A DNA stretch of 48,932 nt from Chloroflexota bacterium (GCA_016199495.1 JACQGQ010000048.1:1-48932), one strand, 5' to 3'. Counted from the stretch's first letter, positions 19,067 through 28,208 are shown. Numbers and translations: made by a program. Notes: generated by a model not told the origin, from the sequence alone.

Positions 19067-19984
19067 CTATTCTGTCTTAATTCCGTGTTTCAAAAGCAAG
19101 CGAGGTAGTGTGTCATCAAGGTTCTGAACCTCTTTTTCTGTAAGCTCAATAACGTGAAAGTCATATTTCTTGTAGATTTTAAGTTTCTCCTCTTTTCTAA
19201 AAGAATATTTGGGATCATCGTCAAGACCCCAATACTCTATATAGACTTTGCCCGTCGGAATATAGAAGTCCGAATAGACCTCTTCTTCGACCGGAAGCTT
19301 TCGCTCATAAGCATGGGTTACTTCGGACACGTAGAGCCAGTTGTCAATGAGTAACTCTGCTTTGGACCTGACAAGATGAACATCCGTAGCTCTGAGTTTT
19401 GCTGGGAACTTCTCTCTAAACTCTATGTCATCCTTACTAGCATGTCGAGTCTGGTCTTGGCTTGTGTCTGGTATGTTACCTTTGGCTTCGTTCATGCTAT
19501 TAACAAGTGTCCTATTACCAATGATTGACTCAGGCCAACGTACATAAGGCACGCCAGAGTCCTTAGCTTCGGACTGTACTCCTCCTAATCTTTTTCCCAG
19601 TTCGGTAATTAGCCACCCTTTGAGACCCTTTTTAATCCACCCAAGTTCAGACAGAATGGAGTTGGTTCTGGTCGCAGATATTTCGAAATGTTTTCCTATT
19701 GCTGTGGCAGTAAGGAGAAGCTTCGAGGTATCTGACCGGCTGCCATCTAGTTCCGACTTAAGTGCCTGTGGCCAAACAATGTACTTTACGTATTTGTCAC
19801 CCTGCCTGTAAATGCCACCCTTAAGTTTGCCAGCAGATGTCAAGTCCCAATTATTCGCATTTCTCACTATCAGCCCCATCTCTACCAACTGTTGGAATAG
19901 GACTTGAGAACTCTTTCCTAGCGCTTTTGCCAAAGCCGATGTTGATAGCTCTTTCCCATTTTCAAGCTTGTCACTCATCTGCAT
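19067..19984 (-). CDS. Protein with two winged-HTH/antirepressor-like repeats and a C-terminal PD-(D/E)XK-type nuclease domain
   Basis: Internal repeat LSTSALAK...WDLTSAGKLKGG...YIVWP / LTATAIGK...WLITELGKRLGG...YVRWP; C-terminal RSKAELLIDNWL...YSDFYIP...YIEYWG. Confidence 0.7.
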   Translation of the reverse strand: MQMSDKLENGKELSTSALAKALGKSSQVLFQQLVEMGLIVRNANNWDLTSAGKLKGGIYRQGDKYVKYIVWPQALKSELDGSRSDTSKLLLTATAIGKHFEISATRTNSILSELGWIKKGLKGWLITELGKRLGGVQSEAKDSGVPYVRWPESIIGNRTLVNSMNEAKGNIPDTSQDQTRHASKDDIEFREKFPAKLRATDVHLVRSKAELLIDNWLYVSEVTHAYERKLPVEEEVYSDFYIPTGKVYIEYWGLDDDPKYSFRKEEKLKIYKKYDFHVIELTEKEVQNLDDTLPRLLLKHGIKTE

Positions 19985-20066
19985 TTCTCCTAGAAAGTAT
20001 TATTGTATAGCCATGTTGCTGTGACAATTCGCTGTACTTCTAGAACATTATATCATAGAGTAAAAA

Positions 20067-20150
20067 CCAGGTGTTAAGAGGGGCTTCGCCCCTCTTTTTT
20101 ATTCCTCCCCCTTCCCCTTGATAAGGGGAAGGGGGTCAGGGGGATGGGGT
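20067..20150 (+). repeat. Palindromic repeat, right half (B+C), copy 4
   Basis: CCAGGTGTTAAGAGGGGC-TTC-GCCCCTCTT...CCCCCTTCCCCTTGATAAGGGGAAGGGGG...GGGGGATGGGGT. Confidence 0.9.
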
Positions 20151-20171
20151 AAAAAGCACTCAATCAATTGT

Positions 20172-20405
20172 TTAGGCTTTGACACGCTGGCGCAGACGCT
20201 CCAGAATCCACATTCGGGCTAGTGTCGTTGGGCCAACACCCAGCTCCCTCGCCTCTGCCCTGATTTGCTCCCACTTGTCCGCAGGCAGCCGAACCGGAAT
20301 TACCTTGTCCAGTGGTTTCTTCACCTCTACCAGCACGACCTCATCGGTTTCTTCCCAGGCATCACCCTGCTCTATCTTCTCCACTGCTTTGTCGATATCG
20401 GTCAT
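20172..20405 (-). CDS. CopG/BrnA-like antitoxin
   Basis: Acidic N-terminus plus RHH-like VIPVRL...ARELGVGPTTLARMWILERL; directly after brnT. Confidence 0.82.
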   Translation of the reverse strand: MTDIDKAVEKIEQGDAWEETDEVVLVEVKKPLDKVIPVRLPADKWEQIRAEARELGVGPTTLARMWILERLRQRVKA

Positions 20406-20406
20406 C

Positions 20407-20691
20407 TTACCTACCTCCCACTGATTTGCTGTAGAGCCGTCTCTCGCTATCAGTCATTTCTCTGGCGGTAACTATCTTCCAAACTCCTCTTCCCAGATTA
20501 ACCAGTACCACCAGGATGTAGCGTCCGGCCGCTGTCTGGCCGAAAAGTTTGTACAGCCCTTCCTGGCTACGCCTGATATGGTGTGTTTCTGATAGACAAG
20601 CCTCCTCTACTTCTTCGAAAGAGACTCTGTGCTTGGACTCAATCTTGTCCATTATATGGTCATCAATTTCCAGGGCTTCGATGCGCAGCAC
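20407..20691 (-). CDS. BrnT-family toxin
   Basis: KHRVSFEEVEE, GQTAAGRYILVV, IVTAREMT..ERRLY. Confidence 0.88.
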   Translation of the reverse strand: MLRIEALEIDDHIMDKIESKHRVSFEEVEEACLSETHHIRRSQEGLYKLFGQTAAGRYILVVLVNLGRGVWKIVTAREMTDSERRLYSKSVGGR

Positions 20692-20715
20692 GGGTACTCT
20701 TCCTCACTTACTAGC

Positions 20716-20742
20716 GTATACTAAGTGTATACATTTTGTCAA
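20716..20742 (-). promoter_or_regulatory. Toxin-antitoxin promoter with palindromic operator
   Basis: Minus-strand TTGACA at 20742-20737, followed by GTATAC-N5-GTATAC. Confidence 0.55.
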
Positions 20743-20872
20743 TCTATATTTTGGGGGCTGGGGGTCAAAACTTCTGGCGAGTTGCTGACCTGTGGCTAAG
20801 ATGTTAAAATCCCCTTTAAGGCTTGAGCGATAATCTATCAAGCTTTAGCCAGTAAACAGGTGGAGTAGCCAG

Positions 20873-21742
20873 ATGAGAGTAGCCATAATCGGTGGTTCGG
20901 GCAAGATGGGGCGCTGGTTTGCCCGCTTCTTATTACAGGATGGCAAAGAAGTCATCATCACCGGCCGCAACGAGCCGAAGCTGCTGGCAGCCAGGGAGCA
21001 GCTGGGGGTCGAAGCCACCACCAGCCTCAGGTCTGCCGTTGAGGGGTCTGACCTGGTTTTACTCTCGGTGCCAATAGATAGCTTTGAGGAGGTGGTCAAG
21101 CAGCTCCCGCCCTGTTTACAGCCCGGGCAGATAGTTATCGACATCACATCCATCAAAGTATTCCCGGTGGAAACAATGCATAAGTATCTAAAAGCAGGGG
21201 TGGTGCTGGGGGCGCATCCAGTGTTCGGTCCCGGTGCCGGAGACATCACCAATCAAAACTTCGTGCTGACGCCGACTAACGAGCCAGAGACAGCCCTGGC
21301 TGAAAAAGTCGAGCAGTATTTAACAGCCCGGGGGGCCGCCGTCACCCTGATGACCCCCCAGGAACACGATGAAATGATGGCGGTTATTCTGGGACTCTCC
21401 CATTTTATCGCCATCGTTGCGGCCGATACCCTGCTCGGCTTCGCTAAGTTCCAGCAGATGGCCGCCATCGGCGGCACCACCTATAAAATGCTGGTCATGC
21501 TGGTTGAGAGTGTTCTTTCCGAGGACGCGGAATTATATGCCTCCCTGCAAATGCACCTACCCGGGTTAGCCGAAATCGAAGCCCGATTCCAGCGGAACTC
21601 AAAAATATGGGCTGATATCGTCAGACATAAAGACGCTCAGGAGTTCACCAGGAGAATGAATACCTTAAAAGACAAACTGGCAAAGAGTGACCCTGATTTC
21701 AGAAGAGCTTATGAAAACATGTATAAGCTTTTGGAAAGGTAA
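20873..21742 (+). CDS. tyrA: Prephenate/arogenate dehydrogenase
   Basis: IIGGSGKMG Rossmann motif, DITSIK, HPVFGP, EHDEMMA.ILGLSHF. Confidence 0.92.
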   Translation: MRVAIIGGSGKMGRWFARFLLQDGKEVIITGRNEPKLLAAREQLGVEATTSLRSAVEGSDLVLLSVPIDSFEEVVKQLPPCLQPGQIVIDITSIKVFPVETMHKYLKAGVVLGAHPVFGPGAGDITNQNFVLTPTNEPETALAEKVEQYLTARGAAVTLMTPQEHDEMMAVILGLSHFIAIVAADTLLGFAKFQQMAAIGGTTYKMLVMLVESVLSEDAELYASLQMHLPGLAEIEARFQRNSKIWADIVRHKDAQEFTRRMNTLKDKLAKSDPDFRRAYENMYKLLER

Positions 21743-21795
21743 TAGTGGGGAAATTTTGTTTGGTGGGCGATACTGGATAGCGCCCGAACTTCTGT

Positions 21796-22476
21796 TTGGA
21801 AGGCATCATTTGGTTAAGATTATTGAGAAATAAATATAGTAATAGATATATCCCAGCTCTCAAATATAGTTGGCTGACTTTCTTGTATGACCCTTTCCTA
21901 CGATGGACAATGCGTGATGTTGTCTTCAAACGCCGCTTGGTCGAACAAGCCAGGATTGAAAAGGGTCATCGGGTACTTGACTTAGGCTGTGGTACCGCCA
22001 CGCTAACCATCCTCATTAAGAAGATGTATCCTCAAGCCGAGGTGTTTGGGCTCGATGGCGACCCAAAAATCCTTGAAATCGCTCGAGCGAAGGTTGCCGA
22101 GGCCGGCTTAGATATCACTCTTGCTCAAGGAATGGCCTTCGAACTACCGTATCCTGACACTTCCTTTGACCGGGTTCTCTCAAGTCTACTCCTTCATCAT
22201 TTGACACGGGAGAACGAAAGACAAACATTGACGGAGGTGTTTCGAGTCCTTCGGCACAATGGAGAATTACATGTAGCTGAATTTGGCAAACCCCACAATG
22301 CCTTGATGTATCTAATATCTCTAATCATGCGTAGGCTTGAAGAAACCTCAGACAATATAATGGGCTTATTGCCGGATATGATACGCAAAGTTGGTTTTGA
22401 ACAGGTTCAGGAGACTGCTCGATATATGACGATATTTGGTACTCTCTCCTTTTATCGCGCATGGAAACCCTTATAA
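21796..22476 (+). CDS. Class I SAM methyltransferase (start uncertain)
   Basis: VLDLGCGTAT, LPYPDTSFDRV. Confidence 0.87.
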   Translation: MEGIIWLRLLRNKYSNRYIPALKYSWLTFLYDPFLRWTMRDVVFKRRLVEQARIEKGHRVLDLGCGTATLTILIKKMYPQAEVFGLDGDPKILEIARAKVAEAGLDITLAQGMAFELPYPDTSFDRVLSSLLLHHLTRENERQTLTEVFRVLRHNGELHVAEFGKPHNALMYLISLIMRRLEETSDNIMGLLPDMIRKVGFEQVQETARYMTIFGTLSFYRAWKPL

Positions 22477-22536
22477 CAAGCCTATGTTGTATAACAAGCT
22501 CAGAAAATAGGCAGGAAAAAACGAAAGGACAAAATA

Positions 22537-23178
22537 ATGGAAGAGGAAAAGAAATACTACCTACTCACGAAAAAGTTTTGGAATATATTTGCTCCTTTCT
22601 ACGATATTGTAGTTACACCCATCTCAAGGGTAAGGGATAAAGTAGTAACTTTTACTGAGGCCAAAATTGGTTCAAAGATACTGGATGTGGCTACCGGAAC
22701 AGGAAAACAGGCATTCGCTTTTGCTAAAAGAGGCTATGATGTTACTGGCGTTGATTTATCCGAAGCTATGCTTAGAATAGCTGACAAGAAAAACAAATAT
22801 GAAAATGTGAAATTTGAAGTCGCTGATGCGACCAATCTACCCTTCGAGGATAACAGCTTTGATGTTTCTTGCGTGTCCTTCGCCTTACATGAGATGCCTT
22901 CCACGATAAGGGAAAAAGCATTGAAAGAAATGGTCAGAGCTACAAAATTAAAAGGGACGATAATGATTGTTGACTATGCTTTACCGAAGAACAAGATTGG
23001 TAGATTTCTCATTTATCGCTTTGTTAAGCTTTATGAAGGCGAACATTACTCAAAATTTATAAAATCTGATTTTGAAGCACTGCTCCGAAAATCAGGAATC
23101 AAGATAAAAGGGGAACTTTTGGTGTTGTTGGGAGCGGGAAGAATCTTAAAAGGAATAAGGGTGGCTAATAATAGATAA
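22537..23178 (+). CDS. UbiE-like SAM methyltransferase, AT-rich
   Basis: ILDVATGTG, DATNLPFEDNSFD, FALHEMP. Confidence 0.87.
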   Translation: MEEEKKYYLLTKKFWNIFAPFYDIVVTPISRVRDKVVTFTEAKIGSKILDVATGTGKQAFAFAKRGYDVTGVDLSEAMLRIADKKNKYENVKFEVADATNLPFEDNSFDVSCVSFALHEMPSTIREKALKEMVRATKLKGTIMIVDYALPKNKIGRFLIYRFVKLYEGEHYSKFIKSDFEALLRKSGIKIKGELLVLLGAGRILKGIRVANNR

Positions 23179-23310
23179 TCTAACCATATTTACGAGGAAA
23201 ACACTAGCATAGACTACTGAAAAACCACATTGTCCCAGAAAGAGACTCACCTCTGTGTTTTACTGCTCCCAAAAGCATCTAAAACACAGACCGATGAAAA
23301 ACTGTATTGC

Positions 23311-23544
23311 TTAGTCGTGGGTCTTTTTTACATAAACCTTGATTTCGCCACCAGCTTCTTCCGCCCCCAAGAACTCGTGTCCGGTAGCCTGGCACCAGGC
23401 CGGCATGTCCAGCTTTATCCCCTTATCATCAGCCACCACTTCCAGAACCTCTCCTTTCTTTAGCTTCTTAAACCTTTCGGCCGTTTTGACAATGGGCATC
23501 GGGCAATAAAGCCCCAGACAGTCTAAACTCTGGTCTGCTTTCAT
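23311..23544 (-). CDS. tusA: TusA/SirA sulfur carrier
   Basis: LDCLGLYCPMPI motif. Confidence 0.92.
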   Translation of the reverse strand: MKADQSLDCLGLYCPMPIVKTAERFKKLKKGEVLEVVADDKGIKLDMPAWCQATGHEFLGAEEAGGEIKVYVKKTHD

Positions 23545-23579
23545 CCTCTCCTCCTTGATTTGTCTAAAGTGAATTCTAC

Positions 23580-24068
23580 TTAGATGAAAAGGACCACCTT
23601 TGATTGACGTGCCAGATTCAGGAAATAGGTGGCGCCGCTTAAGTTCTCGACCTCACTGCGGAAAGTCTTCTCCTCCGGAGCTATCCCCATGACGCCGCAG
23701 GTAGTGGTGCAGCCAATAAGATTTACCCCCATTTCGTGAGCCATGGTGATATACTCGTCGACCGAAGGCATATTAGTATCTTTCATCAGCTTCTTCATCA
23801 TCCAGGTACCCAGGCCAAACATATTAAAGCGGGAGAGCTTCAGTCTCCTGGAGCCGCCCCGGTTCATCAGGTTCAGCATCTTCCTCATCAGCCCCCTACC
23901 CTGGATGCCGCCTTCGTTCTTCTTAATAATATTCAGTCCCCAGAAGGTAAAGAACATATTCACTTCCATCCCCATACTGACGCCGGTGATGGCCAGCATA
24001 AAAGCGGCTAAAGCCCGTTCCATATCTCCGCTTAAAATCGCCATGGTTAGCTTTTCTTTTTCTGCCAT
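23580..24068 (-). CDS. DsrE/DsrF/DrsH-like (DsrE_2) sulfurtransferase
   Basis: Start reassigned to MAEKEK (GGAGGGAG RBS); MFFTFWGL, GCTTTCGVMG, VVLFI end. Confidence 0.88.
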   Translation of the reverse strand: MAEKEKLTMAILSGDMERALAAFMLAITGVSMGMEVNMFFTFWGLNIIKKNEGGIQGRGLMRKMLNLMNRGGSRRLKLSRFNMFGLGTWMMKKLMKDTNMPSVDEYITMAHEMGVNLIGCTTTCGVMGIAPEEKTFRSEVENLSGATYFLNLARQSKVVLFI

Positions 24069-24090
24069 TATCTCCCTCCTTCCGGTAATT

Positions 24091-24681
24091 TCACCCTTTA
24101 ATCTCAGCCCCACAGTGGGGGCATATCTTAGTATCGGGAGAGACAGGTTGACCACATTCGGAACAGAACTTCAGAGTTGCCCGGCAGGCCTGACAGTAGG
24201 GGAGTTCTTCATTAACTAATTCCTCATCACAATAAGGGCAGTAGCAATGCTGTGCCGGCTCAGCAGTCGCTGGTTCAATCCCGGCGGCCGTTTTCCCCTC
24301 TCCTGTGCGGCGCTGTTTACTCAGGTAGTCCTCAATGGCTTTATGCAGGGCTTCATCACCGAGATTGGAGCAGTGAAGCTTGTTCTTAGGCAAACCATCC
24401 AGTTCAGCCGCCACCATACGGGCATTGATTTTCATCGCTTCGTCAAGCGTCTTACCAATTGCCAGTTCACTGACCATGCTGGAGACGGCAATGGCGGCCC
24501 CGCAGCCGAAGGTCTTGAACTTAACATCTTCCAGATGGCCATCTTTCACTTTGATATAGAAGGTCATCATATCTCCGCACACGGGGTTGCCAACCTCCCC
24601 AATCCCATCCGGATTTTCAATCTCCCCGACATTACGGGGATGCATAAAGTGGTCCATCACCTTTTCACTATAAAGCGGCAT
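24091..24681 (-). CDS. iscU: IscU/NifU Fe-S scaffold with C-terminal double zinc ribbon
   Basis: Start reassigned to MPLYSEKVMDHF; GNPVCGD, FGCGAAIA, KLHCS; tail CPYC/CQAC/CSEC/CPHC. Confidence 0.92.
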   Translation of the reverse strand: MPLYSEKVMDHFMHPRNVGEIENPDGIGEVGNPVCGDMMTFYIKVKDGHLEDVKFKTFGCGAAIAVSSMVSELAIGKTLDEAMKINARMVAAELDGLPKNKLHCSNLGDEALHKAIEDYLSKQRRTGEGKTAAGIEPATAEPAQHCYCPYCDEELVNEELPYCQACRATLKFCSECGQPVSPDTKICPHCGAEIKG

Positions 24682-24682
24682 G

Positions 24683-25870
24683 CTAGCTGCCTCCTTTACC
24701 TGTTTTAATAAATTTGGAATAGAGTGGCGACATCTGCCGCAGCCTGTCGACGATAGGGGGCAGCACCTCCAGAACATAGTCTACGTCTTCAGTGGTATTA
24801 TCCAGACCAAAGCCGAAGAGCAGCGAACCCTGGGCCAACTCGTGAGATATTCCCATGGCAATCAGCACGTGTGAGGCTTTAAGTGCCCTTGAAGTGCAAG
24901 CCGAGCCGCTGGAGACAGCCACCCCCTGGCTATTTAACAACATCAGCATGGATTCGCCCTCGATGAACTCCACGCAGAAGCTGGCATTACCCGGAAGGCG
25001 GTTCCGGGGATGGCCGCTAACCACCACGTGGTCAATCTTAGCCGGCAATTCGGTGAGCAAGCGGTCACGCAGCGGAGTGAGGTGCGCGACGCGCCCCGCC
25101 ATATTGGCCATCGCCATCTCAGCCGCCTTACCCAGACCGACAATAGCCGGGACATTCTCGGTACCGGCACGCCGCCCGCCCTCCTGCACACCGCCATCGA
25201 GCAGGGGCATAATGCGCACCCCCTTCCGCACCCAGAGCACCCCCACCCCTTTCGGACCGTAGAACTGGTTACCCGCCAAACTCAAAGCGTCTACCCCCAG
25301 CTCCTTGACATTGACCGGTATCGTGCCGGCAGTAGCCACGGCATCAGTGTGAAAGACCACATTATTCTCCCTGGTTATTTGGGCAATCTCCTCTATCGGT
25401 TCGATAGTACCCACCTCGCCGTTAGCCTGCATCACTGAGACCAGTATGGTGTCTTTCCTCAAACTTCTCCGCACCTCCTCGGGGTCAACGACACCCTGCT
25501 TATCTACCGGAAGCAGTGTCAGCTCAAAGCCCAATTTCTCCAGGGTTCTGGCGGAGTGAAGCACCGAGAAGTGTTCAATCGCTGAGACGACGACATGCTT
25601 GCCCTTACTTTGTTGAGCCAGTGCCAGTCCTTTAATGGCGAAATTATTGCTTTCGGTACCGCTAGCGGTGAAGATGACCTCCTCGGCACCAGCCCCGATA
25701 AGCTGAGCCACCTGGACTCGAGCCGCATCGACTGCTTCCCGGGCAGTATCGCCCCAGTCATGCAGTGAGGAGGGGTTACCAAAAATCTCATCGAGGAATG
25801 GGAGCATTACCTGCCGAACCTCGGGGAGGAGAGGCGTAGTGGCCGCATTATCTAAATAGACCTTTCTCAT
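24683..25870 (-). CDS. iscS: Cysteine desulfurase IscS/NifS
   Basis: [28 protein letters not shown]. The usual PLP motif SxHK reads AGNQ here. Confidence 0.9.
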   Translation of the reverse strand: MRKVYLDNAATTPLLPEVRQVMLPFLDEIFGNPSSLHDWGDTAREAVDAARVQVAQLIGAGAEEVIFTASGTESNNFAIKGLALAQQSKGKHVVVSAIEHFSVLHSARTLEKLGFELTLLPVDKQGVVDPEEVRRSLRKDTILVSVMQANGEVGTIEPIEEIAQITRENNVVFHTDAVATAGTIPVNVKELGVDALSLAGNQFYGPKGVGVLWVRKGVRIMPLLDGGVQEGGRRAGTENVPAIVGLGKAAEMAMANMAGRVAHLTPLRDRLLTELPAKIDHVVVSGHPRNRLPGNASFCVEFIEGESMLMLLNSQGVAVSSGSACTSRALKASHVLIAMGISHELAQGSLLFGFGLDNTTEDVDYVLEVLPPIVDRLRQMSPLYSKFIKTGKGGS

Positions 25871-26079
25871 ATCGTCACCTCTCTGATAGATAGTCTTGGG
25901 GCAAGCCTGTACTCTGCCTATTTATATTTTATCACATAACATTACCGCTTGCGCATAAGAGCCAACAACCTATTCTACGAGACAATTATTATCAAGATAT
26001 GTGATGTAGGTCACATACTGTCATCAGGATACATTTTGCAGTGGTAGCAGGATATTTCATTTTTACACAAGTAAGAGAC

Positions 26080-26109
26080 TTGACTAAGGAAATACCCCAT
26101 GGTAGTATT
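26080..26109 (+). promoter_or_regulatory. Sigma70 promoter with CsoR-type operator
   Basis: TTGACT-N17-TAGTAT with extended TG; AATACCCCATGGTAGTATT has the ATAC-C-tract...GTAT pseudo-palindrome typical of CsoR boxes. Confidence 0.8.
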
Positions 26110-26143
26110 AAGTATGTTAGACAGTTGATGGCAGCGATGGCAA

Positions 26144-26464
26144 ATGACGACTAAGGAGGAACTAAACAGAATGTCGACCGCAATCAGACAGTACCGATAT
26201 GTCAAGGATAAGCCGTCTCTCTTAGCCAGGATGAAGAAAATTGAGGGCCAGGCTAAGGGCATTCAGCAGATGCTCGAAGAAGACCGTTACTGTATCGATA
26301 TTGTTCAGCAGTTAACCGCTCTCTCAGCGGCGGCCGATGAGGTGGCTCTGCTCATACTTCAAGGCCACATTGAAGGTTGTGTTACCAATGCTATCCACGA
26401 CCAGCACGGTGAGGCTCACATCAAGGAACTGATGGAAACGATACGCAAGGCGATGAAGCGGTAA
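26144..26464 (+). CDS. csoR: CsoR/RcnR-family metal-sensing repressor
   Basis: RMKKIEGQAKGIQQM, YCIDIVQQ, HIEGC (Cys-His-Cys Cu(I) ligands). Confidence 0.92.
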   Translation: MTTKEELNRMSTAIRQYRYVKDKPSLLARMKKIEGQAKGIQQMLEEDRYCIDIVQQLTALSAAADEVALLILQGHIEGCVTNAIHDQHGEAHIKELMETIRKAMKR

Positions 26465-26487
26465 TTCATTTTGGGAAAAGGGGGATA

Positions 26488-26878
26488 ATGGCCAGATTGG
26501 TCAAAAGTACGGTATTTACTATCTTCATGTTAATGATGACAATTATGGTCGCGGGCTGCCCCTCACCCCTCACCCCTTACCCCCAATAAAGAATCTCAGA
26601 TGAAGAACGGCGTTACTTTTAATGACATCAAGGTTATGGTCTTTCAATCACCAACTTGACCGTGCTGTGGAGCCTGGTCAGGCTATTTGAAAAAATAAGG
26701 TTTTCAAGTTGAAACAAGATACGTAGCGGATATGTCTTCCATAAAGAGGAAATATCAAATCCCACCAAATATGGAAAGCTGTCATACGGCGGTTATTGGG
26801 GATTACTTTGTTGAAGGCCACGTACCCGTTGCAGCAATCGAGAAACTGCTAGCAGAAAAACCAGCTCAAAGGACATAA
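26488..26878 (+). pseudogene. Disrupted DUF411-like metal-binding lipoprotein with a Sec-type UGA
   Basis: Signal peptide with lipobox VAGC. An extra CCCCTCA unit (26559-26572) shifts the frame. It then reads FQSPT-UGA(26657)-PCCGAW, has a TAA at 26696, and continues MESCHTAVIGDYFVEGHVP, ending before the usual C-terminal PGMP motif. Confidence 0.82.
26671..26684 (+). promoter_or_regulatory. Candidate bacterial SECIS hairpin
   Basis: AGCCT-GGTC-AGGCT starts after an 11-nt spacer from the UGA, with G in the apical loop. Confidence 0.55.
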
Positions 26879-26994
26879 AATGAGCCGATTTATCAGGAGT
26901 TCAGTATTGGCTATCTCCATTGTTATTGCAGAGAATGGTTCTCGCCCTGGCAAAATAGGCAGCGCAAAAACTATGGTCCCTGGAGCAAGGGGTA

Positions 26995-27801
26995 ATGAGC
27001 GGCATTATCATTAATATCGACCCGGTAATCTTCCACCTTGGCGCTTTTGCGCTTGGCTGGTATGGGCTGGCGGTAACGCTGGCGATAGTCGCCGCGGTGC
27101 TGATAGCGGTCCACCAGGGCAAAAGGAGAGGAATCGACACCACGGAAATCCAGTCCCTCGCTCTCTGGGCAGTGATTGCCGGGATAGTCGGCGCCCGACT
27201 ATTCCATGTCATCGACCAGTGGCAATACTACGCCGCTAATCCTCTTCAGATACTACAGTTCCAGCAGGGAGGCCTGGCTATCTGGGGTGCTCTGGTCGGA
27301 GGAGGAGTTGCCACTATTGCCTATGCCAGGACAAGGCATATCCCACTAGGTCGTCTTGTTGATGCCCTGGCTCCAGCCTTACTGACGGCACATATAATCG
27401 GCCGGTTCGGTTGCATTATCAATGGGGACGCCTACGGCGGTGTGACCAGCCTGCCCTGGGGCTTCATTTACACCCATCCTAATGCCCTGATACCACTAAG
27501 TCTGTTTGGTCGGCCAACCCACCCTTATCCCGTATATGAGATAATCTGGAATGGACTAGCCCTGCTGGTCGTTTGGCAACTTGGCCGCTACTTCAAGCAA
27601 GACAGCCTCGTCTTCCTCAGCTATCTGTCGCTTTACTCTTTAGGACGTTTCGTCCTTACCTTTGTGCGCCAGGAAAACGTTATCCTCTGGGGATTACAAC
27701 AGGCTCAAATAATAGCTATGTTAACCCTGGTCGCTTCCCTGGTGGCAATGACGTATTTGGTTACCAGGCGACCACTACCTGAGAAGCTGACGGAACCATG
27801 A
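26995..27801 (+). CDS. lgt: Prolipoprotein diacylglyceryl transferase
   Basis: IDPVIFHLG...WYGL, GARLFHV, GGLAIWGA, GRFGCIINGDAYG, HPYPVYE. Confidence 0.9.
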   Translation: MSGIIINIDPVIFHLGAFALGWYGLAVTLAIVAAVLIAVHQGKRRGIDTTEIQSLALWAVIAGIVGARLFHVIDQWQYYAANPLQILQFQQGGLAIWGALVGGGVATIAYARTRHIPLGRLVDALAPALLTAHIIGRFGCIINGDAYGGVTSLPWGFIYTHPNALIPLSLFGRPTHPYPVYEIIWNGLALLVVWQLGRYFKQDSLVFLSYLSLYSLGRFVLTFVRQENVILWGLQQAQIIAMLTLVASLVAMTYLVTRRPLPEKLTEP

Positions 27802-27866
27802 CAGGAAGAAACACTAAGCAAAATCCCAGTCTAAGGCTAATTTAGCTGAGAAAGGAGGTGATAAAG

Positions 27867-28052
27867 ATGGCTAAAGACCCGGTTTGTGGCATGGATGTAA
27901 ACGAGAAGACGGCAGCCGGCAAGTCCGAGCACATGGGCAAGACCTATTACTTCTGCTCCCCTGGCTGCAAGAAAGCCTTCGATGCCAACCCTTCCAAGTA
28001 TCTCAAAGGCGGGGGACAGACTACGGGTGGACGTTCCGGTCACCAGATGTAA
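27867..28052 (+). CDS. YHS-domain metallochaperone
   Basis: DPVCGM...YYFCSPGC...F..NP.KY; AAGGAGGT RBS. Confidence 0.9.
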   Translation: MAKDPVCGMDVNEKTAAGKSEHMGKTYYFCSPGCKKAFDANPSKYLKGGGQTTGGRSGHQM

Positions 28053-28208
28053 TCGCGTCTTCTAGTCATGGGTTCTCTCCGGCAACCTTGTAAGCCGAAA
28101 CTGGAAGCTCAGCGCTTCCAGTCGCTAGGTAAGACCTGGCCTGATGAGGCTAGAAAGGGAGATTAACATTATATGTCAAACGCAACCAAGCGAATGTGGA
28201 GGTAAATT

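Noticed and set aside
22470-22500. attC-like TATAACAA start after a methyltransferase
   Set aside because: No complete attC stem or matching GTTRRRY end, and no integron integrase.
23580-24777. ORF-track starts at 24155 and 24777
   Set aside because: They overlap upstream genes; RBS position and family N-termini favour 24068 and 24681.
28100-28122. ACTGGAAGC/GCTTCCAGT hairpin between YHS and copA
   Set aside because: Single copy with no U tract; no function can be supported.
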